Positions 23,312 to 31,395 of a DNA stretch of 34,148 bases are shown here, in pieces. The stretch spans positions 1 to 34,148 of IMG/VR virus record IMGVR_UViG_3300037467_001799. One strand, written 5' to 3'. The notes beneath the pieces were generated by a model, which ran no database searches, had not been told where the DNA came from, and saw nothing but the letters and a program-made list of their open reading frames with translations. A program made the translations under genes and the position numbers. The stretch comes from a virus (lineage: Duplodnaviria; Caudoviricetes). Numbering within the stretch: position 1 is the stretch's first letter; each line of letters starts with the position of its first letter.

Positions 23312-23956
23312 ATGGATAATCCACGGGATGACGAAAATGGGACGACCGCCGAAACCGCCGGAAGAAAAGCTGGTGCAGCGGTCAATCCGCCTGCCGCCGG
23401 CACTGTGGGAGAAGATCGACCGGAACGGCCTCGACTGGCTCCGCGCTATAGTGAAGCGCGCCAAAGAGCCGCCGAAGCAGCCCTAACGCCGGAGGGCCTG
23501 CGCTACTGGTTGCACTACGATCCGGAGACCGGCCACTTCCATTGGAAGCGCCTTGCGCGCAACACCAAAGTCGGGGCGCTGGCAGGAACGATGCGGCCGG
23601 ACGGGTACATCTACATCGGGCTCATCAAGGCGCACTTCCTCGCCCACCGGCTCGCATGGTTCTACGTGCACGGCCTGTGGCCGCCGGTGTTGATCGACCA
23701 CATCAACGGCAAGCGCTCTGACAACCGGATCGTGAACCTGCGACTGGCCGATTGGCGGTTGAACATGGAGAACAAGCGCCGTGAGAGCTACAACTCGACC
23801 GGCCTCTTGGGCGTCAAGCCGAACGGAAAAGGGTTCTCTGCGCGCATCGGTAGTCGTGGCGTAGAGCACCACTTGGGCACGTTCCGCACGCCAGAAGAGG
23901 CTCACGCCGCCTACGTGGAAGCCAAGCGCCGTCTGCACAAAGGCGGCACGCTCTAG
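23312..23956 (+). CDS. HNH homing endonuclease with AP2-like C-terminal domain (start uncertain)
   Basis: YDPETG, AHRLAW, IDHINGKRSDNRIVNLR, STGLLGV, HLGTF.TPEEAH.AY. Confidence 0.88.
   Translation: MDNPRDDENGTTAETAGRKAGAAVNPPAAGTVGEDRPERPRLAPRYSEARQRAAEAALTPEGLRYWLHYDPETGHFHWKRLARNTKVGALAGTMRPDGYIYIGLIKAHFLAHRLAWFYVHGLWPPVLIDHINGKRSDNRIVNLRLADWRLNMENKRRESYNSTGLLGVKPNGKGFSARIGSRGVEHHLGTFRTPEEAHAAYVEAKRRLHKGGTL
23328..23486 (+). CDS. small ribbon-helix-helix regulator (BrnA/CopG-like)
   Basis: MGRPPKPPEEKLVQRSIRL...GLDWLR; GATAAT 7 nt upstream. Confidence 0.75.
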   Translation: MTKMGRPPKPPEEKLVQRSIRLPPALWEKIDRNGLDWLRAIVKRAKEPPKQP

Positions 23957-23961
23957 GAGGA

Positions 23962-24177
23962 ATGATGGAACAGGAAACGCGCCGCTGGAACACCGAGCTG
24001 CAACGCTGGGAGTACCCGCCCTTCTGGCGGATCGAGTACGACAACGACACCGGGCCAAGCGACGAAGGGTTTGAGCAATGGTGGACCGTCACCAACGACG
24101 AGAGGTCGTTCCGCTGCCAGACGGAGGCAGATGCGAATTGGCTCCTCTCCATTCTGGAGAACGTGGATGTCAGATGA
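23962..24177 (+). CDS. acidic hypothetical protein
   Basis: AGGAGG RBS. Confidence 0.75.
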   Translation: MMEQETRRWNTELQRWEYPPFWRIEYDNDTGPSDEGFEQWWTVTNDERSFRCQTEADANWLLSILENVDVR

Positions 24178-24358
24178 GGTGGAGATCGACCGCTACGAGC
24201 CAGACCACAACGGCTCATGCGAGGTGTGCGACCGAGGGCCGACAGTCACCGGCGTGAAGGGCGGCGAGGTGGTGTTCGCGCCAGGACTGTGCGGCCCGTG
24301 CTGTTTCGGTACCGCCAAGGCCATCGACCCCGTCTGGTGGAACAGCGACCAGGAATGA
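24167..24358 (+). CDS. small CxxC/CxxC protein
   Basis: CEVC and CGPCC; GGAG RBS. Confidence 0.7.
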   Translation: MSDEVEIDRYEPDHNGSCEVCDRGPTVTGVKGGEVVFAPGLCGPCCFGTAKAIDPVWWNSDQE

Positions 24359-24395
24359 AAATAGCCCCCGGCCGCCACGAAGGCAGACCGGGGGC
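24358..24395 (-). terminator. terminator of the leftward late operon
   Basis: GCCCCCGG/CCGGGGGC stem followed by TATTTT on the minus strand. Confidence 0.75.
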
Positions 24396-24445
24396 GAGGA
24401 AGAGGCGCCAAGGGAGGGTTGCCGAAATTGGCGGCGCCGGGGACG
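24358..24445 (-). ncRNA. candidate structured small RNA with anti-Shine-Dalgarno motifs
   Basis: GGCGCC/GGCGCC stem exposing CCCTCCCTT, linker TCTTCCTC, then terminator. Confidence 0.4.
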
Positions 24446-24453
24446 AATGTAAC

Positions 24454-24759
24454 TCAGCCGGCGGCGCGGCGCGCGCGCTCGTCGATGCACCACTGCACGC
24501 ACTCTGCGTATCCGGCAAGGTCCGTGAGGTTGTCTCGCTTGGCCTTGTGAATCTGGCGGGAGAGCTTCACGCAGCACATGACCAGCCCGAGTTCTTCGGC
24601 CGTGATCGGCTCTTTCAGCTTGTGCGCCAGCATGGCGCTGACCATGGCCGCCGTGCGGGAGAAGTCGTCCAGCGGTGCCCCGTAGGCTGCATTGCGGTCC
24701 CCGTGGACGAGGCCCTGCGCTTCGGTCAGAACGCTCACGCGTTCGGTTGCTTCCGTCAT
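24454..24759 (-). CDS. DUF6378 protein
   Basis: GDRNAAYG...VKLSR...DNLTDLAGY. Confidence 0.85.
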   Translation of the reverse strand: MTEATERVSVLTEAQGLVHGDRNAAYGAPLDDFSRTAAMVSAMLAHKLKEPITAEELGLVMCCVKLSRQIHKAKRDNLTDLAGYAECVQWCIDERARRAAG

Positions 24760-24905
24760 GTGTTCCTCGCGAGAATGACCAGCCCCACGTTCGCCAGGGC
24801 ATAGCCGAAGTAGACGATGCTCATGGGCCAGTTGCCCTTGAGCGCCTGGTCGACGCAGACGCCAAGGTAGGCGAAGCCGCAGGCGGCGATTAGGGGCCAG
24901 CTCAC
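24756..24905 (-). CDS. 49-aa two-TM membrane protein
   Basis: GTGA and ATGA overlaps; YFGYALANVGL. Confidence 0.7.
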   Translation of the reverse strand: MSWPLIAACGFAYLGVCVDQALKGNWPMSIVYFGYALANVGLVILARNT

Positions 24906-26224
24906 GCAACACCTCGGTCGGCGTGCTGCACGTCTCTGGCCATGTTCCACCGGTTCGCGTAGTAGCCGGTGACGAAGTAGGTGAAGAACTCCACCTTGCA
25001 GGACGTGATCGCGCCGGTGACGGCGTCCTGCTTCAACTCGCAGATGCCGCCCCCGACGTGGGCCGAGAGCTTCTTCTTGCGCATGAACGGCGTCTGGTCC
25101 TCGGTCGTGCCGGTCTGGATGCAGTGCACGTTGCGCACGATGTTATAGCCCAGCTTGTGATAGTGGCCGGCCAGCAGCACCGCCGGCTTGTCGCCGCCGT
25201 CGTAGGCCTCGACGATCTTCTGCACGGTGTAGCTGATGGCATAGGCGCTGCCGCCACCAGGGTGCATCAGGTGCAGCATGGTGTGCTTGCCGGACTGCGC
25301 GTGGGTGAGCCGCAGGTAGGCCTCCATGTACCCCATGTCGACCCAGTCGTCGCGCCCGCTGTCGCGCATGACGTGCTGGGCGTAGCGGCCGATGTCAACG
25401 CCCTCCTTCTGCGCATACCAGCCTTCGTGGTCGTCCCCTGAGACGGCGTAGGTCACGATGCCGGGCCGGCGCGGGTAGTGCTCCGCCAGGTAGCGCAGTT
25501 GCGCGTCCATGCCGTGCACCAGCAGGTCATGCATGTTGAAGCGCGCCTCCCCGTCGATCCAGTTGCCCGCGTTCAGGACGCGGTCGACGCCCTGCGCCGC
25601 GAATTGGTCGTACAGGTCATTCAGGACGTCCAGCCGGCTGTACTTGCTGGAGAGGTGGTTGTCGCTGGTGAACCCGAACTTGTAGGTGCCGTCCTGGCGG
25701 CTGGTGTAGACCGGCAGCTCGTGCCCGCGCTCGTGCTTGGGGGCCGGCGGGGCCTTGCCGATGGAGAAGCGTCCACCGAACTCCTGCACGTCCAGGCCCT
25801 GCTGCTGGAGATCCTCGAGCGCCACCTCCGCCCGCGCGCGGCTGATCCCGAAGCGCTGCGCGACGTCGTCCGGCGTCATCGGCGCCTTTCGCAAGGCGTC
25901 CCGCAGTGCAACCAGGTCGAAGGCCGCCTTGGGCGCCACTGCGGGCTGCGCCACAGGCGTCACCGGTGCCGGCGCCTGCGGCTGCTCGTAACCGTGAGCC
26001 ACCAGCCAGGCCTGCATCTCCGCCTGAGCGGGCATCGGCGTGCCTTCCGGAACTGTGCGGCGCTCCTCGCGCAGCAGCATGCCGCGGTCGATCGCGGCAT
26101 TGACGCGGGACTGGAAGGTCTTGCCGTTCAGGCCTTGGATCAACCGGTTCCCGTTGGTGCCAAGGCGACGGTAGGCCTCGGCCGCCTGGTGGATCAGGAT
26201 GTTGGGCAGGGGTTGCGTTGCCAT
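24902..26224 (-). CDS. HTH-fused calcineurin-like metallophosphoesterase
   Basis: SDNH, AGNWIDG, SGDDHE, MHP, AGHYH; HTH TPDDVAQRFGISRARA. Confidence 0.87.
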   Translation of the reverse strand: MATQPLPNILIHQAAEAYRRLGTNGNRLIQGLNGKTFQSRVNAAIDRGMLLREERRTVPEGTPMPAQAEMQAWLVAHGYEQPQAPAPVTPVAQPAVAPKAAFDLVALRDALRKAPMTPDDVAQRFGISRARAEVALEDLQQQGLDVQEFGGRFSIGKAPPAPKHERGHELPVYTSRQDGTYKFGFTSDNHLSSKYSRLDVLNDLYDQFAAQGVDRVLNAGNWIDGEARFNMHDLLVHGMDAQLRYLAEHYPRRPGIVTYAVSGDDHEGWYAQKEGVDIGRYAQHVMRDSGRDDWVDMGYMEAYLRLTHAQSGKHTMLHLMHPGGGSAYAISYTVQKIVEAYDGGDKPAVLLAGHYHKLGYNIVRNVHCIQTGTTEDQTPFMRKKKLSAHVGGGICELKQDAVTGAITSCKVEFFTYFVTGYYANRWNMARDVQHADRGVA

Positions 26225-26225
26225 C

Positions 26226-26630
26226 TCACCGCTCCACCAGCAACCCGACCAGGGTGTTCACGATCCGGTGTTCTGCGCTCATGATGTCCTCCTCGCCGGC
26301 TCCGGCCCTGATGAATTCCTTGTACTCGTGCAGGAACACGTGCAGCACCTCGTGGCAGGCGATTGCCTCGACGCTTTGCGCGGTCACGGGGATGCTCCCG
26401 AAGTCAGTTCCGATTCGATAGACCGCCAGGCGGTCAGGCAGGGAGGTCGACACGACCTCGGCCATGTTCGCCTTGCCGGCGGGCTTGGAGGACTTCTCGA
26501 TGCGCCAGTCGTTCAGGTTCAGGCGGTCCTGCCACTCGCGCACGTACAGCGTGAAGGCGTCGGCGTCGGACTGCTTGACCGGGTTCGCTGGCGCCTTCTG
26601 GGCGGGCGCAGGACGGCGCTTGGCTGTCAT
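26226..26630 (-). CDS. HEXXH zincin-like metallopeptidase
   Basis: ACHEVLHVFL plus downstream AEHRIV. Confidence 0.75.
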   Translation of the reverse strand: MTAKRRPAPAQKAPANPVKQSDADAFTLYVREWQDRLNLNDWRIEKSSKPAGKANMAEVVSTSLPDRLAVYRIGTDFGSIPVTAQSVEAIACHEVLHVFLHEYKEFIRAGAGEEDIMSAEHRIVNTLVGLLVER

Positions 26631-26902
26631 CGGACTTCCCCGGCGGGTGATCCGGTGCGCTGGCCTCGCTCCGGATCGACAACTCGCGCGGCCTGTTCAG
26701 GCCGGGCCAGCGCGGTCAGTTCGGCCAGACGCTCGCGCAGGGCGGCCATGTTCTGCTCGACCTGGTGCACCACGCGGCGCAGCGCTTCGACGTCGCGCGA
26801 GTAGTAGGCGTGTTCCAATGCTTGCAGGAAGCCGTACGCCGGCGCCGGCTCGTCGCTGCAGTCCAGCGATGCCGGCAGCCTGGGGACGCCTTCGCCGGTC
26901 AT
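26627..26902 (-). CDS. small coiled-coil protein
   Basis: ATGA overlaps with o-spanin and peptidase. Confidence 0.6.
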   Translation of the reverse strand: MTGEGVPRLPASLDCSDEPAPAYGFLQALEHAYYSRDVEALRRVVHQVEQNMAALRERLAELTALARPEQAARVVDPERGQRTGSPAGEVR

Positions 26903-27147
26903 TTCGGCCACGCCTCAATCAGCGCGGCGCGCTTGGACCGCTCGCAGCCGTAGGCGGAGATCCAGCCGAGGGCCCACTGCGCCAGATCCTGTGCGGTGGC
27001 GCCGTCGACCATGTCAGCGGGCGGGCTGCACGCCGAGACCAGCGCCGCAGGAGGCGGGGCGATCTTGGCTGGCGCAACGGCCGGCGCGGTCGAGCAGCCG
27101 TACAGCATCAGGAGAAAGGCGGCAGGCAGCCAGGTTGACGGTCGCAT
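26899..27147 (-). CDS. o-spanin lipoprotein (Rz1-like)
   Basis: Lipobox LYGC, Pro-rich linker, overlaps i-spanin 3' end. Confidence 0.85.
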   Translation of the reverse strand: MRPSTWLPAAFLLMLYGCSTAPAVAPAKIAPPPAALVSACSPPADMVDGATAQDLAQWALGWISAYGCERSKRAALIEAWPK

Positions 27148-27418
27148 CGCGCACCTCCGTGACGATCTTGGTGATGAACCGGTCGCGCACTTCGGCCACG
27201 ACGGTGTAGCGCTTCTCGGCCGCGCGCTGCAGTTCGAGATTGCGGTCCTGCTGCTCGCGCACCTTGGCCTGCAGGGCGGCGCGCTCGGCGTCCCACTTCG
27301 CTTGCACTTCGGCACGGCCGATCTCGCGCTCGTGGTGCACGAACCAGCCGACGGCGACCACCAGGGCGGCCAGCAGGAGAGCGCAGGCGACGGCCCTCCC
27401 GATGGCGAGGTTGATCAC
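27014..27418 (-). CDS. i-spanin (Rz-like)
   Basis: N-terminal TM, coiled coil, C-terminal Cys; follows endolysin. Confidence 0.85.
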   Translation of the reverse strand: MINLAIGRAVACALLLAALVVAVGWFVHHEREIGRAEVQAKWDAERAALQAKVREQQDRNLELQRAAEKRYTVVAEVRDRFITKIVTEVRDATVNLAACRLSPDAVRLLDRAGRCASQDRPASCGAGLGVQPAR

Positions 27419-27918
27419 GCCTCGTCCTTCCACTGCAGGCAGACGTCCTGCTCCAGCGCGCGGCGCTTGGTCAGGCCTCGCAGCTCCACCAGCACGCCGC
27501 TCACGCGGGCCTTGTTCCAGCGCGGCAGCTGGCGACACGCCGGCGAGAAGTCGCCGTTGGTGGCTCGCGCCTGAGCCAGCAGCCGCGCCGCAGTGGAGTT
27601 CTGCGTGTCGCAGGCGATCGTCGGCCCTATGTTGAACACGGCATCAGCGAAGGCGATCAGCACCTTCGGCGGCAGGCCCGGCTGGCAGCGCTCCACTGCG
27701 TCGACGGCGAGCGTCATGTCCGCCGTGAACAGCGCTTGGCACTCGGCGTCCGTGTAGACCTTCCCCTTGACAACGCCGGCGCCGGTGTGGCCCATGCAGA
27801 CAGTGGGGATGCCTGGCGGGTCGTAGTAGACGGTCTTGTAGACGCCCTCGCAGGGCAGCGCCAGCGCGCAGGCGGCCGCCACGATGCCGGCCTTGCGCCG
27901 GTGCTGCTGCGGGATCAA
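27415..27918 (-). CDS. GH24 lysozyme endolysin, probably SAR type
   Basis: E-8x-D-5x-T (CEGVYKTVYYDPPGIPT), GHT, FNIG, GLTKRR; TTG start overlapping holin stop. Confidence 0.92.
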   Translation of the reverse strand: MIPQQHRRKAGIVAAACALALPCEGVYKTVYYDPPGIPTVCMGHTGAGVVKGKVYTDAECQALFTADMTLAVDAVERCQPGLPPKVLIAFADAVFNIGPTIACDTQNSTAARLLAQARATNGDFSPACRQLPRWNKARVSGVLVELRGLTKRRALEQDVCLQWKDEA

Positions 27919-28142
27919 GGCCGGTCCCCGCTGATGGACCGCTGCGGGATCAGCCGGGCGCCGATCGCCCCGATGGCAGCCAGCAGCGCCAGGCCGGACA
28001 GCACGTGCGGCGGCACGATGCCATCGAGCACCGGCAGCACGTACTGCAGCGCATCCAGCGCCGACAGCAGCGCCGCGATGGCAGCGCAGTGCACCGACCA
28101 CGCGCGCAGGAGGACGGTTTTCCAGTCGTCAATCAGCTTCAT
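27915..28142 (-). CDS. holin-like membrane protein
   Basis: MKLIDDWK...AWSV, two TMs, ARLIPQ. Confidence 0.78.
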   Translation of the reverse strand: MKLIDDWKTVLLRAWSVHCAAIAALLSALDALQYVLPVLDGIVPPHVLSGLALLAAIGAIGARLIPQRSISGDRP

Positions 28143-28151
28143 GGGGATCTC

Positions 28152-28415
28152 CTAGAGATCGTGGCCGCCCTGCTTGTGGGCGTCGGTCCAGCCCTTGCGG
28201 TAGCCCGCGGCGATGGCGCGCTTGACCAGGGTGTCGAGCTCCTGCTCGGTGAACACGGCGCAGCCGGTCTCGGCGTCCCGGCAGGCCTTGCGTTCCTCGT
28301 CTGTCATCTGCACGCCGTTGGCGCAGCCTGAGATGCTCAGGAGAGCCAGGGCACAGAACACCAAGATCGCGGCGTAGGCGGCGCCGATCAGGAAGTTGAC
28401 GATGGCGCGGCGCAT
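28152..28415 (-). CDS. lipoprotein in lysis cassette
   Basis: Signal peptide with lipobox ISGC. Confidence 0.7.
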   Translation of the reverse strand: MRRAIVNFLIGAAYAAILVFCALALLSISGCANGVQMTDEERKACRDAETGCAVFTEQELDTLVKRAIAAGYRKGWTDAHKQGGHDL

Positions 28416-28419
28416 GACA

Positions 28420-28620
28420 TCAGCCCCTCGGCTTTCTGGTCCGCTTGGCCGCGTACTCCTTTTCCTCGCGCCACCACTTGCGCAGCAGGTAGGCCGCCTG
28501 GATCACGATGTAGACACCGGTCGCCACTGCGATCCACTGATTCAGGGTGAGGGCTGCGGCAGCAGCACCGGCAACGGCAGGCGTCCCCTTCAGTGCTTCG
28601 GTGGCGATCTCGGTCTTCAT
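28420..28620 (-). CDS. holin-like protein
   Basis: LTLNQWIAVATGVYIVIQ TM then basic C-terminus; AAAGGA RBS. Confidence 0.75.
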   Translation of the reverse strand: MKTEIATEALKGTPAVAGAAAAALTLNQWIAVATGVYIVIQAAYLLRKWWREEKEYAAKRTRKPRG

Positions 28621-28813
28621 GACGCGCGGTCCTTTCAGTGGCGTGCTAACTCATCCGCGGGAGCCTACGAAAAAGCTCATCGGCCGTGTTCCCGCATCAG
28701 AACTGTTACAACCCGTGTGTGACATCCGTCCCAGACGAAACGGGACATTTCGGGCTGCCGCAAGCTCGGGCCCAGCCGCTGTAATGGCGGGGCCTGAACC
28801 TGGAGCCCAGCCA

Positions 28814-29137
28814 ATGAGACACCTGCTCGCGCCGCCCGCGATCGCGGCCTTCCTGCTCGCCAGCAGCGCGCATGCGAAGCTCACCTGCACGCCGCTGGAA
28901 TACGCGGCCTATAAGGACCAGGCGAAGACGCGAAGCGGACGCTGGAGCCTCGCCATCGAGGCATGCAGCGCGAAGCGGTACGCGGAGTTGCCCACCGACA
29001 CCCCAGCGTCAACAAGGGACTGCGAAAGGCAGAGGGCGACGATCATGGCCGTCCTGGAAAATGCGCGCGACGCGAGGTCATTGGCATGGGTGCGGGGCGG
29101 CTGCGAAGGCGAGTACGAAAAGGTTCGGATGCAATGA
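28814..29137 (+). CDS. secreted four-Cys protein (moron)
   Basis: Signal peptide ending SAHA; GGAG RBS. Confidence 0.75.
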   Translation: MRHLLAPPAIAAFLLASSAHAKLTCTPLEYAAYKDQAKTRSGRWSLAIEACSAKRYAELPTDTPASTRDCERQRATIMAVLENARDARSLAWVRGGCEGEYEKVRMQ

Positions 29138-30174
29138 AGCACGACAGCCCCAACCTCGATCTGCTGCGGTCGCTCGCGGTGGCGTTGGTGATCGGAAGCC
29201 ATCTCGCGCTCAATCTCAGTTGGGTTCCGGCACGCGTTGCCGATCTCGAAGTGGCGGGGCGGGTCGGCGTCGCCGTTTTCTTTGTACACACTAGCCTGGT
29301 CCTGATGCAATCCCTGCTGCGGACCGGCGCCAGTCCACTGCCTTTTTACGTGCGCCGCTGCTTCCGGATCTACCCGCTGTCGATCACGTTCGTGCTGCTG
29401 TCCGCAGGCGTGTGGTTGTCCAAGGGGGACTTCGCGGGACTGGTGAGCAACCTATTTTTGGTCCAAAACGTCACAGGGCATGATTCAGTCCCTCCTCCGC
29501 TATGGAGCCTGCCCTATGAGATGCAGATGTATCTCGTGCTGCCGCTGCTGTTCCTGCTGTCGCGTCGAGTCGTTGCTAGCGTGTGGGCATTATCTGTAGC
29601 CCTGATTCTTGTCGCGTGGACCTCCGGCATTGACGTACGAATATTCCAGTACTTGCCATGCTTCTTACCTGGCGTCATGGCGTCCAAGCTGCTTCCCAAG
29701 AATCGGCGGTGGCACCCTGGTTTCATGTTCTTTGGCCTTGCGGTCGCGGCGATCATCGCGCCCCTGCTGGTTGCCAATGGCTGGCCGGAGGCACCAATCC
29801 TATGGGTACTTTGTCTTGCTCTTGGAATTGCCATCCCGCGCACGCGCGAAATTGACTCGGGTGGCTTTGTCGCACGCGTGGCCAGAGTAATCGTCACCTA
29901 CTCCTACGGTGCTTATGTAGCGCATTGGCTCGCGCTGCTGGTAGCCCTGCGTGCAATCCCTGATGCATCGGACCCGGTCATCGTGGCCATATTCGCGGTT
30001 GACCTAGGTGTGTTGTCGTACGTGAGTTATCGGTGGATCGAACGGCCGGGAATTGAGTTAGGCAAGCGGCTGGCTGACGCACTCAGAGCGCGAGAATCTC
30101 AGAAGCTCGTCCCGCCGCAATCAGCGTCGCAGCCTCCAGCGCAGAGACTCCAGCAATTGTTCGGGCGCTGGTGA
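29134..30174 (+). CDS. acyltransferase family 3 (OafA/Oac-like O-acyltransferase)
   Basis: LDLLRSLA...H, GVAVFF, FYVRRCFRIYP, LWSLPYEMQMY, SYGAYVAHW, SYRWIERP. Confidence 0.92.
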   Translation: MKHDSPNLDLLRSLAVALVIGSHLALNLSWVPARVADLEVAGRVGVAVFFVHTSLVLMQSLLRTGASPLPFYVRRCFRIYPLSITFVLLSAGVWLSKGDFAGLVSNLFLVQNVTGHDSVPPPLWSLPYEMQMYLVLPLLFLLSRRVVASVWALSVALILVAWTSGIDVRIFQYLPCFLPGVMASKLLPKNRRWHPGFMFFGLAVAAIIAPLLVANGWPEAPILWVLCLALGIAIPRTREIDSGGFVARVARVIVTYSYGAYVAHWLALLVALRAIPDASDPVIVAIFAVDLGVLSYVSYRWIERPGIELGKRLADALRARESQKLVPPQSASQPPAQRLQQLFGRW

Positions 30175-30469
30175 GATCCACCACCTGAGCGGCGTTCAGC
30201 AACTCGAGATAGTCATTCACGGTCGGATTCTGCGCAGCGGCTGCTCGAATAATGATGCGCTCTTGCGGCGTGAATCGATCGAGGAAGTTCAGCTTTGAAA
30301 TCGTCGTTGTCAGATAAGACGCCACCAGCGAGTCGAGATGCGCGTCGACCATCTTCTGCAGGAAGGCGGTTTCGTTGAGTGGGGCGTTGCGCTCGTTGTA
30401 TGCATCCATCGCGCGTTCAAGAGCAATGCGCCGGGGAGAAGATACGTCGAGGGTGATCGTCAGTTCCAT
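30083..30469 (-). CDS. tail fibre assembly chaperone-like protein
   Basis: ISKLNFLDRFT..E, VDL, GRASEIL; AAAGGA RBS; follows fibre genes. Confidence 0.7.
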   Translation of the reverse strand: MELTITLDVSSPRRIALERAMDAYNERNAPLNETAFLQKMVDAHLDSLVASYLTTTISKLNFLDRFTPQERIIIRAAAAQNPTVNDYLELLNAAQVVDLTSARTIAGVSALEAATLIAAGRASEILAL

Positions 30470-30483
30470 GATTTCGCTTCCTT

Positions 30484-31395
30484 TCAAGTGCAGACAAAAA
30501 CGACAGGTCGAGCAGACGGCCCGGTTCCCCATGTGAACGTGCGTGTCTCGCCGCTTGCCCAGCCGCTGGAGGCGGTGACGGTGTAGGCCGTCTGGTAGGC
30601 GCTGCCATCCCAGTACTCGACGACAAAGTCCTTCGGAGACTGGTTCTGGTTCGTCACCCGCGCGGAAACTTTAATTGAGACGATGTCCTTTGCACTGGCG
30701 AACTTGTAGCCAATCCACTCCTTGGTGCTTCCGCCAGCCCAGTAGCTACCTAGCTGAGAGTCTGCGATCACACCATCGAAGGCTTCAGCCGCTGGGCCAG
30801 CAGATTCAGGTGAATTTGAACACCAAGCGGCCCCACCACTGCACTGGTTGGAGCCGCCCGGTGTCGTGAACATCTGCAACTCCGACAGGCCGAACACCGT
30901 ACCTCCATCAACCGCCGTGGACCGAACCCGCCAGAACTGCTTGTTTGCCGTGCCGCTACTCGGGCCGGTATTCGCGCTGAAGGAACGCCACTCGTTCGCC
31001 GACCATCCCAGACTTGATTCGACCAAGAACGACCTTGACCACGTCAAGTTGTCGTCCGAGTACTGCAATTCCCAGCAGGATGGATGTTCGGTCGCGGCCC
31101 AGCATTGCAACGCAACCTCGACGATGTCCTTATCGCTACCGGCTCCAAAATCGTACTTAATCCACTGTGGCAAAGGGTTAGTGCCGATGTTCGTAAACCA
31201 GGTGGTGGAGCTGTTGTTGTCAAACGCTTTGGGGGCTTCAAATCCGCTTCCCTGGGTCGACGCGGTCGCCGTCCCGCTTCCGGTCACGTCCGCCCCGCCA
31301 ATACTGGTCCGCATCTCAATCTCGCGGATGTCAAGGAACGACGCTGACCCAGTTGTGTTTGTGATGTAGATGCGCCAGTAACGGTGAGCGGCCAT
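30484..31395 (-). CDS. tandem discoidin (F5/8 type C-like) protein, putative receptor-binding
   Basis: Two repeats of (Y/F)WR...E...AFD...W...WI.Y.F...P...W...E.R.F. Confidence 0.82.
   Translation of the reverse strand: MAAHRYWRIYITNTTGSASFLDIREIEMRTSIGGADVTGSGTATASTQGSGFEAPKAFDNNSSTTWFTNIGTNPLPQWIKYDFGAGSDKDIVEVALQCWAATEHPSCWELQYSDDNLTWSRSFLVESSLGWSANEWRSFSANTGPSSGTANKQFWRVRSTAVDGGTVFGLSELQMFTTPGGSNQCSGGAAWCSNSPESAGPAAEAFDGVIADSQLGSYWAGGSTKEWIGYKFASAKDIVSIKVSARVTNQNQSPKDFVVEYWDGSAYQTAYTVTASSGWASGETRTFTWGTGPSARPVVFVCT

Noticed and set aside
27919-28101. N-terminal extension of the endolysin
   Set aside because: Overlaps the holin; TTG at 27918 with a GGGGA RBS and TTGA overlap is the better start.
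28718-28747. Hammerhead ribozyme or c-di-GMP riboswitch (GTC-CCA-GAC-GAAAC)
   Set aside because: No CTGANGA core upstream and no GCAAA/GYAA riboswitch pattern.
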